Positions 8,273 to 16,570 of a DNA stretch of 19,224 nucleotides are shown here, one piece after another. A program made the translations under genes and the position numbers. The notes beneath the pieces were generated by a model. The model worked only from the letters and a program-made list of their open reading frames with translations, ran no database searches and was not told where the DNA came from. The stretch is from Candidatus Thermofontivivens primus. Lineage in GTDB: Bacteria > Sysuimicrobiota > Sysuimicrobiia > Sysuimicrobiales > Thermofontiviventaceae. Each line of letters begins with the position of its first letter. Within the stretch, counting starts at the first letter, position 1. The stretch spans positions 1 to 19,224 of the forward strand of contig JAVKJW010000040.1 of NCBI GenBank assembly GCA_031458695.1, given 5' to 3'.

Positions 8273-9643
8273 ATGATCACAGTGGACGAGGCGCTCTTTG
8301 CGGGCAAACCGGAGGAAGGGCTACGCAGGGACGCCTGGCGGATCCTGGCGAGCGCCCTCGAGGCGGTGGACCCTGAGAGGGCGATCTATCGGTACCTCCG
8401 CCGGGAGGGCGACTCCCTCGTGATCGGCGAGAAGACCTACAACCTCCGCAAGATCCGTCGCATCTGCATTGTCGGAGCAGGGAAGGCAACGGCCCGCATG
8501 GCCAAAGCCATGGAGACCATCTTAGGCGATCGCATCGAGGAGGGCGTGGTCGTCGTCAAGAGGGGATACACCGAGGTACTGGAGCGCATCCAGCTCGTCG
8601 AGGCAGGCCACCCGCTTCCTGACGAGTCGGGGGTCAAAGGGGCGGAGGCCGTCCTCGGGATCCTCCAGAAGACCGGGGAGGAGGATCTGGTGATCTGCCT
8701 CATCTCTGGGGGTGGTTCGGCGCTCCTCCCTGCGCCTGCGGAGGGCCTCACCCTGGAGGACAAGGTACGGGTCACCGACCTCCTCCTGCGGGCAGGAGCG
8801 ACAATCCAGGAGCTCAACACCGTCCGCAAGCACCTCTCTCGTCTCAAGGGAGGGCAGCTCGCCAGGGCGGCGGCTCCTGCGCAGGTCGTGAGCTTGATCC
8901 TCTCCGACGTCATCGGCAATCCCCTCGACGTCATTGCCTCTGGTCCAACTGTCCCGGACCCCACGACCTATGAGGATGCCCTGAGGATTGTGGAGCGCTA
9001 TGGTCTCGAGGATAAAGTCCCCCCAGGGGTCCTCCAGCACCTCAAGAAGGGCCAGGCCGGGGAGATCCCGGAGACCCCGAAACCGAAAGACCCGCTCTTC
9101 CAGCGGGTGCAGAACCTCATCGTGGGGAGCAACGAGCTGGCCACGCTGGCCGCATCAGAAGAGGCCTCTCGACTTGGTTATCGGACCCTGATCCTCTCCA
9201 CGTTCGTGGAAGGGGAAGCGCGGGAGGTGGGGAAGGTCCTGGGTTCCATCGGCAAGGAGATCCTCCTCGCGGGTCGGCCACTTGAGCGGCCCGCCTGCAT
9301 CCTGGCGGGAGGGGAGACCACCGTCACGGTCCGAGGTCAGGGCCGCGGTGGCAGGAACCAGGAGGTCGCGCTGGGAGCCGCTCTGATCATTGCAGGCCTC
9401 CCCAGCCTGCTCGTGGCAAGCTTCGCCACGGACGGGACCGATGGGCCCACCGACGCGGCCGGGGCATTCGTAGAGGGAACCACCATCGAGCGGGCCCTCG
9501 CCCTGGGCCTTGACCCGCACAGGCACCTGGCGAACAACGACGCCTATCCCTTCTTCGCTGCCCTCTCCGACCTCATCCTCACGGGGCCGACGAACACCAA
9601 CGTCAACGACCTCATGCTGGTCCTTGCAGGTCCCCGGTCGTAG
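8273..9643 (+). CDS. Glycerate 2-kinase, MOFRL family (GckA/TtuD-like)
   Basis: VGAGKA, EAGHPLPD, LISGGGSAL, ELNTVRKHLS..KGG, SDVIG, IASGPT, GGETTV, GRGGRNQE, TDGTDGPTDAAG, TGPTNTNVND. Confidence 0.93.
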   Translation: MITVDEALFAGKPEEGLRRDAWRILASALEAVDPERAIYRYLRREGDSLVIGEKTYNLRKIRRICIVGAGKATARMAKAMETILGDRIEEGVVVVKRGYTEVLERIQLVEAGHPLPDESGVKGAEAVLGILQKTGEEDLVICLISGGGSALLPAPAEGLTLEDKVRVTDLLLRAGATIQELNTVRKHLSRLKGGQLARAAAPAQVVSLILSDVIGNPLDVIASGPTVPDPTTYEDALRIVERYGLEDKVPPGVLQHLKKGQAGEIPETPKPKDPLFQRVQNLIVGSNELATLAASEEASRLGYRTLILSTFVEGEAREVGKVLGSIGKEILLAGRPLERPACILAGGETTVTVRGQGRGGRNQEVALGAALIIAGLPSLLVASFATDGTDGPTDAAGAFVEGTTIERALALGLDPHRHLANNDAYPFFAALSDLILTGPTNTNVNDLMLVLAGPRS

Positions 9644-9721
9644 GCTTTCGATGTCTCGGGCCCGACCCCGAATCCCCCGTATGGCGCCTGGGAGCTCGAT
9701 GTGATATAACCAGATCGGACG

Positions 9722-11185
9722 ATGGACGGACCACCGAAGGTGCTTTTTTGTACCCCTGAAGCGACCCCCTTCGCCAAGACCGGTGGGCTGGCCGACGTCT
9801 GCGGGAGCCTTCCCCTCGCTCTCTCCCGGCTTGGGTGTGAGGTCCGCCTGGTCATGCCTGCCTACCTGGGGATTCCAAGGAGCGCCCTCCGCCCCGTTGC
9901 CAGGGTACACATCCCCTTGGGCGATGCCCTCTATGAAGGAACGGTCCTCGAAGGAGCCCTTGGAAATGGCGAGGTCCCAGTATACTTCGTGGATGCCCAG
10001 TTCTTCCACAGACCTGGGCTCTACGGGGAGGAGGGGAAGGACTACCCGGATAACCTCGCCCGCTTCGCCTTCTTCTGCAGGGCGGTCCTCGAATTCCTCA
10101 AGGATCTCCCCTGGCACCCTGACCTCCTCCACTGTCACGACTGGCAGACAGCCCTCATCCCTGTATACCTCAAGACCATCTACACGGAGCTTCCTTGTCG
10201 CACGGTCCTGACGATCCACAACCTGGCCTACCAGGGGGTCTTCCCTCCCGAGCAGTTCCCGTTGCTCGGGCTCCCCTCATCGCTGTTGACTGTGGAGGGG
10301 CTAGAGTTCTGGGGGAAGGTCAACCTCCTCAAAGGGGGGATCCTGTTCGCGGACGTGCTCACGACAGTAAGCCCCACTTATGCCCAGGAGATCCAGACAG
10401 AGGAGTTCGGGTGCGGCCTGGAGGGCGTGCTGCGCAAGCGAAGCCAGGACCTCTTCGGCATCCTGAACGGGATCGACACCACGACGTGGGACCCAGCCGT
10501 GGATCCCTACCTCCCCCAGAACTACACTATAGACGACCTTGGGGGGAAGGCGGTCTGCAAAAGAGTCCTCCAGGAAGAGCTGTGCTTGAACGTGGACGAG
10601 GAGGCTTTTCTTGTGGGCATGGTGACCCGACTCGTGGAGCAGAAGGGCCTGGATCTCGTTGCGGCGATCTTGGGAAGGCTCTTCTCTAAAGGAGGGCAAT
10701 TCGCCCTCCTGGGGATCGGCGATCCGCGCTACCACGACCTCTTCTCAGATATGGCCCGCCGCTATCCAGGGCAGATGGCCCTCCGGCTGGCCTTCGATGA
10801 AGGCCTCGCCCACCGGATCGAGGCAGGGGCGGACTGCTTTTTGATGCCGTCGCGGTACGAGCCCTCAGGGCTGAACCAGCTCTATAGCCTGCGCTACGGG
10901 ACGATCCCTGTGGTCCGCCGCACGGGTGGGCTCGCCGACACGGTCGTGGACTGCACCCCAAAGACGCTGGCCAATGGCACGGCCACGGGCTTTGTGTTTG
11001 ACCGGTACGATCCGGAGGCGCTTTGGGAGGCGCTAGAGCGCGCGATGGCGGCGTTCCAGGACAAATCCCTCTGGCGGCGGCTGCAGGAGGCGGGGATGCG
11101 CGGAGATTTCTCCTGGGAGCGCGCTTCCCGCCAGTACCTCCAGCTCTACGCGCGTGTCCTGAAGAAGGAAGGAGGAAACTTATGA
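9722..11185 (+). CDS. glgA: Glycogen synthase (GT5, ADP-glucose type)
   Basis: KTGGLADV, HCHDWQT, TIHNLAYQG, TVSPTYA.EI, GILNGID, RLVEQKG, MPSRYEPSGLNQL, TGGLADTV, FSWERAS. Confidence 0.96.
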   Translation: MDGPPKVLFCTPEATPFAKTGGLADVCGSLPLALSRLGCEVRLVMPAYLGIPRSALRPVARVHIPLGDALYEGTVLEGALGNGEVPVYFVDAQFFHRPGLYGEEGKDYPDNLARFAFFCRAVLEFLKDLPWHPDLLHCHDWQTALIPVYLKTIYTELPCRTVLTIHNLAYQGVFPPEQFPLLGLPSSLLTVEGLEFWGKVNLLKGGILFADVLTTVSPTYAQEIQTEEFGCGLEGVLRKRSQDLFGILNGIDTTTWDPAVDPYLPQNYTIDDLGGKAVCKRVLQEELCLNVDEEAFLVGMVTRLVEQKGLDLVAAILGRLFSKGGQFALLGIGDPRYHDLFSDMARRYPGQMALRLAFDEGLAHRIEAGADCFLMPSRYEPSGLNQLYSLRYGTIPVVRRTGGLADTVVDCTPKTLANGTATGFVFDRYDPEALWEALERAMAAFQDKSLWRRLQEAGMRGDFSWERASRQYLQLYARVLKKEGGNL

Positions 11186-11262
11186 AGAACGAATTGGGGG
11201 CACCGGGTAGAGCGCGAAGGCCGGTAGACTGCGAGCTTCTGGAGACGAGGGAAGGAGGGTAA
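11182..11262 (+). CDS. Putative 26-aa small ORF (MKNELGAPGRARRPVDCELLETREGG) or gene remnant
   Basis: AAGGAGG (11169-11175) lies 6 nt before ATG 11182, which overlaps the glgA stop (ATGA). TAA ends 2 nt before the next ATG. No recognisable homology. Confidence 0.35.
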   Translation: MKNELGAPGRARRPVDCELLETREGG

Positions 11263-11264
11263 GC

Positions 11265-12440
11265 ATGGCAGCAATCGGAGAACTCAAGCCACCTGAACGG
11301 ATCCTCCTGGGACCTGGGCCGAGCATGGTCCCTCCCCGGGTCCTCCAGGCGATGGCCTCCCCTGTCCTCGGCCATCTCGACCCCGCCTTCCTCGCCATCA
11401 TGGACGAGACGATGAACCTTCTCCGGTATGTCTTCCAGACGGAGAACGCGCTAACCTTCCCTGTCTCCGGAACAGGGAGCGCAGGGATGGAGGCTTGCCT
11501 GGTGAACCTTCTGGAACCGGGGGACCGCGCGGTGATTGGCGTCAACGGCTTCTTCGGACAGCGCATGGTCGAGATGGCCAGGCGATGCGGTGCCGATGTG
11601 ACGGTCGTGGAGGCCCCCTGGGGGCAGGCTGTGGATCCGGAAGAGATCCGGCGCGCGCTGGGCCAGGGGAAGGCAAAGGTGGTGGCGGTGGTGCACGTGG
11701 AGACCTCCACGGGAGTTTTGCAGCCCCTGGAGGAGGTTGTTGAGGTTGCCCATGCGTATGGAGCCGTGACCCTTGTGGACGCCGTGGCCTCCCTGGGAGG
11801 CGTCAACCTTCCTGTGGACAAGTGGGGGATCGACATCTGCTACTCGGGGTCCCAGAAGTGTCTGAGCGCCCCACCTGGCCTTTCCCCCGTCACGGTCAGC
11901 GACCACATCCGCCAAGCTGTGAACGGCCGGAAGATCCCGGTGCAGAGCTGGTACCTGGATTTCTCCCTGCTCAAGACCTACTGGGGAGGTGAACGCGTTT
12001 ACCACCATACCGCGCCAGTCCCCATGATCTACGCCCTCCATGAAGCCCTCCGGATCGTTCAGGAGGAAGGTCTAGAGGCGCGGTTCGCCCGCCATGCCAC
12101 GCATGCCAAGGCCCTCTGGGCTGGGCTGGAAGGCCTTGGCCTCCGGCTGTTTGTCCCCGAACCCATCCGCTCTCCTACGCTGACTACCGTCGAGGTCCCA
12201 GAGGGGATCGACGAAGCGGCTGTACGCCGCAGGCTCCTCTCGGAATACGGGATCGAGATCGCTGGCGGCCTTGGTCCCCTCCGCGGCCGCATCTGGCGCA
12301 TCGGCCTCATGGGCCACTCGGCCCAGCAGAGGAACGTCTTCCTGCTGCTCGCCGCTCTGGGCACGATCCTCCACGAGATGGGTGTGCGTGTGGACCCCGG
12401 CGCAGGAGTCGTGGCCGCCAGGGAAGCGTACACCTCCTGA
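11265..12440 (+). CDS. PLP-dependent class V aminotransferase, alanine-glyoxylate / serine-pyruvate (AGXT-like) family
   Basis: LLGPGPS, SGTGSAGME, HVETSTGV, VDAVASLGG, YSGSQKCL (PLP lysine), YHHTAPV, WRIGLMG. RBS AAGGAGG upstream. Confidence 0.93.
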   Translation: MAAIGELKPPERILLGPGPSMVPPRVLQAMASPVLGHLDPAFLAIMDETMNLLRYVFQTENALTFPVSGTGSAGMEACLVNLLEPGDRAVIGVNGFFGQRMVEMARRCGADVTVVEAPWGQAVDPEEIRRALGQGKAKVVAVVHVETSTGVLQPLEEVVEVAHAYGAVTLVDAVASLGGVNLPVDKWGIDICYSGSQKCLSAPPGLSPVTVSDHIRQAVNGRKIPVQSWYLDFSLLKTYWGGERVYHHTAPVPMIYALHEALRIVQEEGLEARFARHATHAKALWAGLEGLGLRLFVPEPIRSPTLTTVEVPEGIDEAAVRRRLLSEYGIEIAGGLGPLRGRIWRIGLMGHSAQQRNVFLLLAALGTILHEMGVRVDPGAGVVAAREAYTS

Positions 12441-12552
12441 GATCGGGTCTATCGCGTCGTCGGGTCGCCGCGTCATTGAGTCTGCTGTGCCTTCTCACCT
12501 TTCACGAATTAGGGCAGGAATTTCTTTCTATGTGTCGAATCGTAAAAATCAA

Positions 12553-12567
12553 TTTCGCAATACGAAA
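12553..12567. promoter_or_regulatory. Candidate IclR-family operator TTTCGcaataCGAAA in an AT-rich intergenic region
   Basis: 15-bp dyad with 5-bp perfect arms, immediately upstream of the GGAGGT RBS of the aldehyde dehydrogenase. An IclR gene lies one gene downstream. Confidence 0.55.
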
Positions 12568-12585
12568 AGATGGAGGTTGTCCGAG

Positions 12586-14037
12586 ATGGCAGACGTACAG
12601 TTGCTTTACATCGGCGGTGAATGGGTGAAATCACGGAGCGGGAAGACGATGCCTATCCGCAACCCGGCGAACGGCGAGGTGATCGCCGAGGTCCCTGACG
12701 CCTCCACCGAGGACGCAGCCGCCGCAATCGATGCAGCCCACCGAGCCTTTCCCCAATGGTCCTCCCTCCCTGCCATCGAGCGGGGCCGCTACCTCCTGCG
12801 AGCCCACGCCCTCCTCGAGGAGCGCAAGGACGAGATCGCCCGCCTCATCACCCTCGAGAACGGCAAACCTTACGAGGAGGCAAAGAAAGAGGTCCAGTTC
12901 GCCCTGGGGTACTTTACCTGGTTCGCGGAGGAGGCGCGCAGGGTCTACGGGGAGATCGTCCCGCCTCCCGTCCCCCATAAACGTCTGTGGGTACTCAAGC
13001 AGCCGGTTGGGGTGGTCGCTGCCATCACCCCGTGGAACTTCCCGGCGACAATGGTCACGCGGAAGATCGCCCCTGCCCTTGCAGCTGGGTGCACCGTCGT
13101 ACTGAAGCCGGCGAGCGCCACCCCGCTCACGGCTTTGGCCATCGCCAAGGCATTCCACGAAGTCGGTCTCCCTCCTGGGGTGTTCAATGTGGTGGTGGGC
13201 CGGAATTCCTCCGCCCTGGGAGATGCCTTCCTTTCTGACCGCCGTGTGCGCAAGATCGCCTTCACAGGATCTACGGAGGTCGGCAAGGTGATCATGCGGG
13301 GCGCGGCCGACCAGATCAAGCGCCTCTCATTTGAGCTGGGCGGGAACGCCCCGTTCATTGTGTTCGAGGATGCCGATCTCGAACGCGCTGCCGAGGGTGC
13401 TGTGGCCATCAAATTCCTGCGCGTGGCCGGGCAGTCGTGCATCTGCGCGAACCGCATCTACGTTCACGAGGCCGTGCACGAGAAGTTCATGCCGTTGTTC
13501 GTCGAGCGGGTGAAAGCTCTCAAGGTCGCCCAGGGGTTCGAGGAGGGAGCCCAAATCGGGCCGCTCATCAACGAGCAGACGCTCAGCAAGGTGGAGGAGC
13601 TTGTCGAGGAAGCGGTGGCACAGGGGGCCAAGGTCGCAGTGGGTGGCCACCGGCTCACCAGCGGCCCTTACGCGAAGGGCTTCTTCTTCGCCCCCACTGT
13701 TTTGGAGTCCGTCCGCGAGGAGATGCGCGTGGCCCGCGAGGAGATCTTCGGCCCCGTGGCTCCGGTGATGACGTTCAGTAGCGAGGAGGAGATTATCCGC
13801 AGGGCCAACGACACGACCTACGGCCTCGCGGCTTACTTCTACACCAGGGATCTGAGCAAGGCCATCCGGGTGGCGGAGGCGCTGGAGTATGGAATGATCG
13901 GGGTGAACGACGCAAGCGGGTACACCCATGAGATCCCCTTCGGAGGGTACAAGGAGAGCGGGCTCGGGCGAGAAGGAGGGAAGGAGGGCATCGAGGAATA
14001 TCTAGAGACAAAATCCATCTCTCTGTGGATCTCGTAG
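12586..14037 (+). CDS. NAD(P)-dependent aldehyde dehydrogenase, GabD / succinate-semialdehyde dehydrogenase-like, 483 aa
   Basis: Start ATG 12586 (MADVQLLYIGGEW) after GGAGGT. WFAEEARRVYG, ITPWNFP, MVTRK, FTGSTEVG, ELGGNAP (catalytic Glu), GQSCIC (catalytic Cys), EEIFGP, PFGGYKESGLGREG. Confidence 0.93.
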   Translation: MADVQLLYIGGEWVKSRSGKTMPIRNPANGEVIAEVPDASTEDAAAAIDAAHRAFPQWSSLPAIERGRYLLRAHALLEERKDEIARLITLENGKPYEEAKKEVQFALGYFTWFAEEARRVYGEIVPPPVPHKRLWVLKQPVGVVAAITPWNFPATMVTRKIAPALAAGCTVVLKPASATPLTALAIAKAFHEVGLPPGVFNVVVGRNSSALGDAFLSDRRVRKIAFTGSTEVGKVIMRGAADQIKRLSFELGGNAPFIVFEDADLERAAEGAVAIKFLRVAGQSCICANRIYVHEAVHEKFMPLFVERVKALKVAQGFEEGAQIGPLINEQTLSKVEELVEEAVAQGAKVAVGGHRLTSGPYAKGFFFAPTVLESVREEMRVAREEIFGPVAPVMTFSSEEEIIRRANDTTYGLAAYFYTRDLSKAIRVAEALEYGMIGVNDASGYTHEIPFGGYKESGLGREGGKEGIEEYLETKSISLWIS

Positions 14038-14100
14038 CGTTCCGCCATTCCACTTTGGTCCTCCGCACCTTGAAGCCGTGAGTCGTAAGGTAGGGAAACG

Positions 14101-14916
14101 ATGGGGAAGTCCACGAGCTTTGTTCAAGCGGTAGATCGGGCGCTGGCCATCTTGGAGGCCCTGGCGGAGTCAGAAAGGCCCATGGGCCTCGTGGAGCTCA
14201 GCACCAGGGTCGGGCTGCACGTGAGCACGGTCCACCGCCTCCTTTCCACGATGTCGAGGCGGAGGTTCGTGACACAGGACCCGGAGAGTGGACGCTATCG
14301 CCTGGGGATGCGCGCCTTTGAAGTGGGGAGCGCGGCCATCCAGCAAGTTGAGCTCCGGGAGGTGGCAAGACCCTACCTGCGCTGGCTCATGGAGGAGACG
14401 CAGGAGACGGCCAACCTGGCCGTCCTCATAGATGGCGAAGTGGTGTACATCGACCAGGTGGAGAGTCAGAACCTCGTGCGCATGTTCACCAGGGTCGGCC
14501 GGCGCGTCCCCGCGCACTGCACAGGTGTCGGGAAGATCCTCCTCGCAGGGCTCAGCGACGATGAGGTCCAGCGCATCCTCGATGAGCGTGGCCTCCCCCG
14601 CTTTACCCCCCACACCATCGTAGATCCGCGAAAGCTCCTCCACGAACTCGAGCGCGTCCGGGCCTCAGGATTTGCGCTGGACAACGAAGAGCGAGAAGTA
14701 GGGGTACGCTGTGTGGCTGGACCGGTGCGGGACCATGAAGGACGGATCGTGGCCGCCGTGAGCATCTCCGGCCCCAGCTCCCGGATCACCGAGGACCGGC
14801 TTCCGCATTTGATTCAAGCAGTTCAAACGGCGACCTCCAGGATTTCCATGGAACTTGGTTGGCACGAGAAAGTAGCTCCGAATCTTCAGGTGAGGCCCCC
14901 GGCAAATGTCACGTAG
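14101..14916 (+). CDS. IclR-family transcriptional regulator
   Basis: N-terminal HTH VQAVDRALAILE...GLHVSTVHRLL..YRLG. Effector domain ETANLAV, VVYIDQVE, PAHCTGVGK, DNEEREVGVRCVA, AVSISGP. Confidence 0.95.
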   Translation: MGKSTSFVQAVDRALAILEALAESERPMGLVELSTRVGLHVSTVHRLLSTMSRRRFVTQDPESGRYRLGMRAFEVGSAAIQQVELREVARPYLRWLMEETQETANLAVLIDGEVVYIDQVESQNLVRMFTRVGRRVPAHCTGVGKILLAGLSDDEVQRILDERGLPRFTPHTIVDPRKLLHELERVRASGFALDNEEREVGVRCVAGPVRDHEGRIVAAVSISGPSSRITEDRLPHLIQAVQTATSRISMELGWHEKVAPNLQVRPPANVT

Positions 14917-14926
14917 ACCATTGCCG
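14900..14926. repeat. Palindromic element, copy 2: CGGCAAATGTC-ACGTA-GACCATTGCCG
   Basis: 19 of 22 arm positions match copy 1. Spans the IclR stop codon; stem is extended by flanking CCC/GGG. Confidence 0.55.
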
Positions 14927-15045
14927 GGGCACTGAATATGTCCAAGTAGCCCAGCTGACAAAGCGGGAAGGAAAGGAGGTGATGCGAACTCAATGAACGA
15001 CACCACCGGCCTTCCTCCTGGAGACTCTGCGTAGGGGGTGTAGCG

Positions 15046-16563
15046 ATGAATGGCGCAGTTGCCGCAGGGAAGGCATCACGGCAGATTGGCGTCAGCAGGC
15101 CGCCTCTGGAGGTGGAGGATCTCCCCGAACCAGAGGAGGTCTTCAAGGTACCACGCCTGGGTACGTGGGAGGTCATCCGGTTCGTGATTGGCCCCAGCCT
15201 CATCGCGCTGGGGATCTCTATCGGCAGCGGCGAGTGGCTCCTAGGCCCCCTGAACGTCGGACAGTACGGCTTCATCGGCGTCGGATGGGTGATCACGCTC
15301 TCTGCGATCCTCCAGGTCTTCTACAATGTGGAGATCGCTCGCTATGTAATCGCTACCGGCGAAGTCCCAGCCCTTGGGTTCGGACGAACCCCGCCAGGCT
15401 ACTGGTTTTGGACCTCTTTCACGGTCTTCCTGTTCTACTTCGCTTTTATCTGGGGAGGATGGGTCCGCGGCGCAAGCGAGAGCTTGTTCGCACTGGTCAC
15501 GGGGCGGCTCCCTACGCCGCAGGACTCCGGGACGATTGTCTGGATGGCTACCTTCCTCATGATCGTGGTCTTCCTCATCACCCTGTTCGGCCGCAAGATC
15601 TCCCGTACCCTGGAGCTCGTGAACTGGGCTACGGTTGGGTTCATCTTGCTCACACTCATCCTCATCGACCTTATCGTCGTGCCCGGGCGCAAGTGGGGGG
15701 AGGGGATCCTCGGGCTGATCACTCCCGCGCTCCCACCCAAGGGGAGCGATCCCACGCTCCTCGGCGGCCTGGCTGGATTCACAGCGCTGGCCTCGGGCCT
15801 GAACTGGTTCGTCATGAACTACTACCGGGACAAAGGGTACGGCATGGGCTACCGCGTCGGGTTCATCTCCGGCCTCATCGGCGGGCGCCAGGAAGAGATC
15901 CTGCCGGTAGGCAAGACCTTCCCGGAGGATGCAAAGAACGCCCGCCTGTGGCGCCGCTGGTTCCGCTATCTGCTCGTGGACCAGTGGGTCGTCTTCTTCG
16001 GTGGGGCGATCCTCGGGATGCTCCTTCCGACCATCTTGGTCTCTCACCTCGCTTCGCTCCCAGGAGTGGAAGCGCCCACACGAGCCACCATGCCCACCTA
16101 CGCGGCCAGTGTGCTCGGGCGGTTCTACAGCCCTGTGTTCTTCTACTGGGCGCTCCTGGCGGGGTTCCTCATCTTGTTCAGCACGCAGCTTGGCATCTAC
16201 GAATCCCTGGTGCGGAACTTCACCGATGCGATGTACGGTACGAGCGCGTCGTTCCGCCGCCTCGTCCATGGGGATCCGCGCTTGTTCTACTACCCGTTCA
16301 TGCTGGGCCTGGCGTTGCTCATCTCCATCATCCTGCGCCTTGCCCTGCCGACCCAGCTCATCCTCATCTCGGCGAACATGAGCAACTTGGGGTCGATCAT
16401 CTTCCCGTTCGTCCTGATGTACCTGAACAGCAAGCTCCCTGCGCCCGCGCGGCCTCGCTGGTGGGCGTACCTCATGCTCCTCCTCAACGTGCTCTTCTTC
16501 GGGTTCTTCTTCCTCAACTTCGTCTACCAGCAGCTGACGGGAGCGCCGCTGGTGCGCTTTTAA
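15046..16563 (+). CDS. Polytopic membrane transporter, Nramp-like / APC superfamily, substrate unknown
   Basis: About 11-12 hydrophobic segments. First TM reads IGPSLIALGISIGSGEW, resembling the Nramp TM1 'GPG...' segment but without DPGN. Family call is from pattern recall. Confidence 0.75.
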   Translation: MNGAVAAGKASRQIGVSRPPLEVEDLPEPEEVFKVPRLGTWEVIRFVIGPSLIALGISIGSGEWLLGPLNVGQYGFIGVGWVITLSAILQVFYNVEIARYVIATGEVPALGFGRTPPGYWFWTSFTVFLFYFAFIWGGWVRGASESLFALVTGRLPTPQDSGTIVWMATFLMIVVFLITLFGRKISRTLELVNWATVGFILLTLILIDLIVVPGRKWGEGILGLITPALPPKGSDPTLLGGLAGFTALASGLNWFVMNYYRDKGYGMGYRVGFISGLIGGRQEEILPVGKTFPEDAKNARLWRRWFRYLLVDQWVVFFGGAILGMLLPTILVSHLASLPGVEAPTRATMPTYAASVLGRFYSPVFFYWALLAGFLILFSTQLGIYESLVRNFTDAMYGTSASFRRLVHGDPRLFYYPFMLGLALLISIILRLALPTQLILISANMSNLGSIIFPFVLMYLNSKLPAPARPRWWAYLMLLLNVLFFGFFFLNFVYQQLTGAPLVRF

Positions 16564-16570
16564 GATAGCC

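Noticed and set aside
6394..8307. 637-aa minus-strand ORF
   Set aside because: Antisense shadow of sppA and the MBL gene, as expected with high-GC codon bias. No motifs; its NPINPMNP stretch is just the 9-bp repeat read backwards.
12271..12585. 105-aa N-terminal extension of the aldehyde dehydrogenase
   Set aside because: Overlaps the aminotransferase and the AT-rich control region. RBS and family N-terminus fit ATG 12586.
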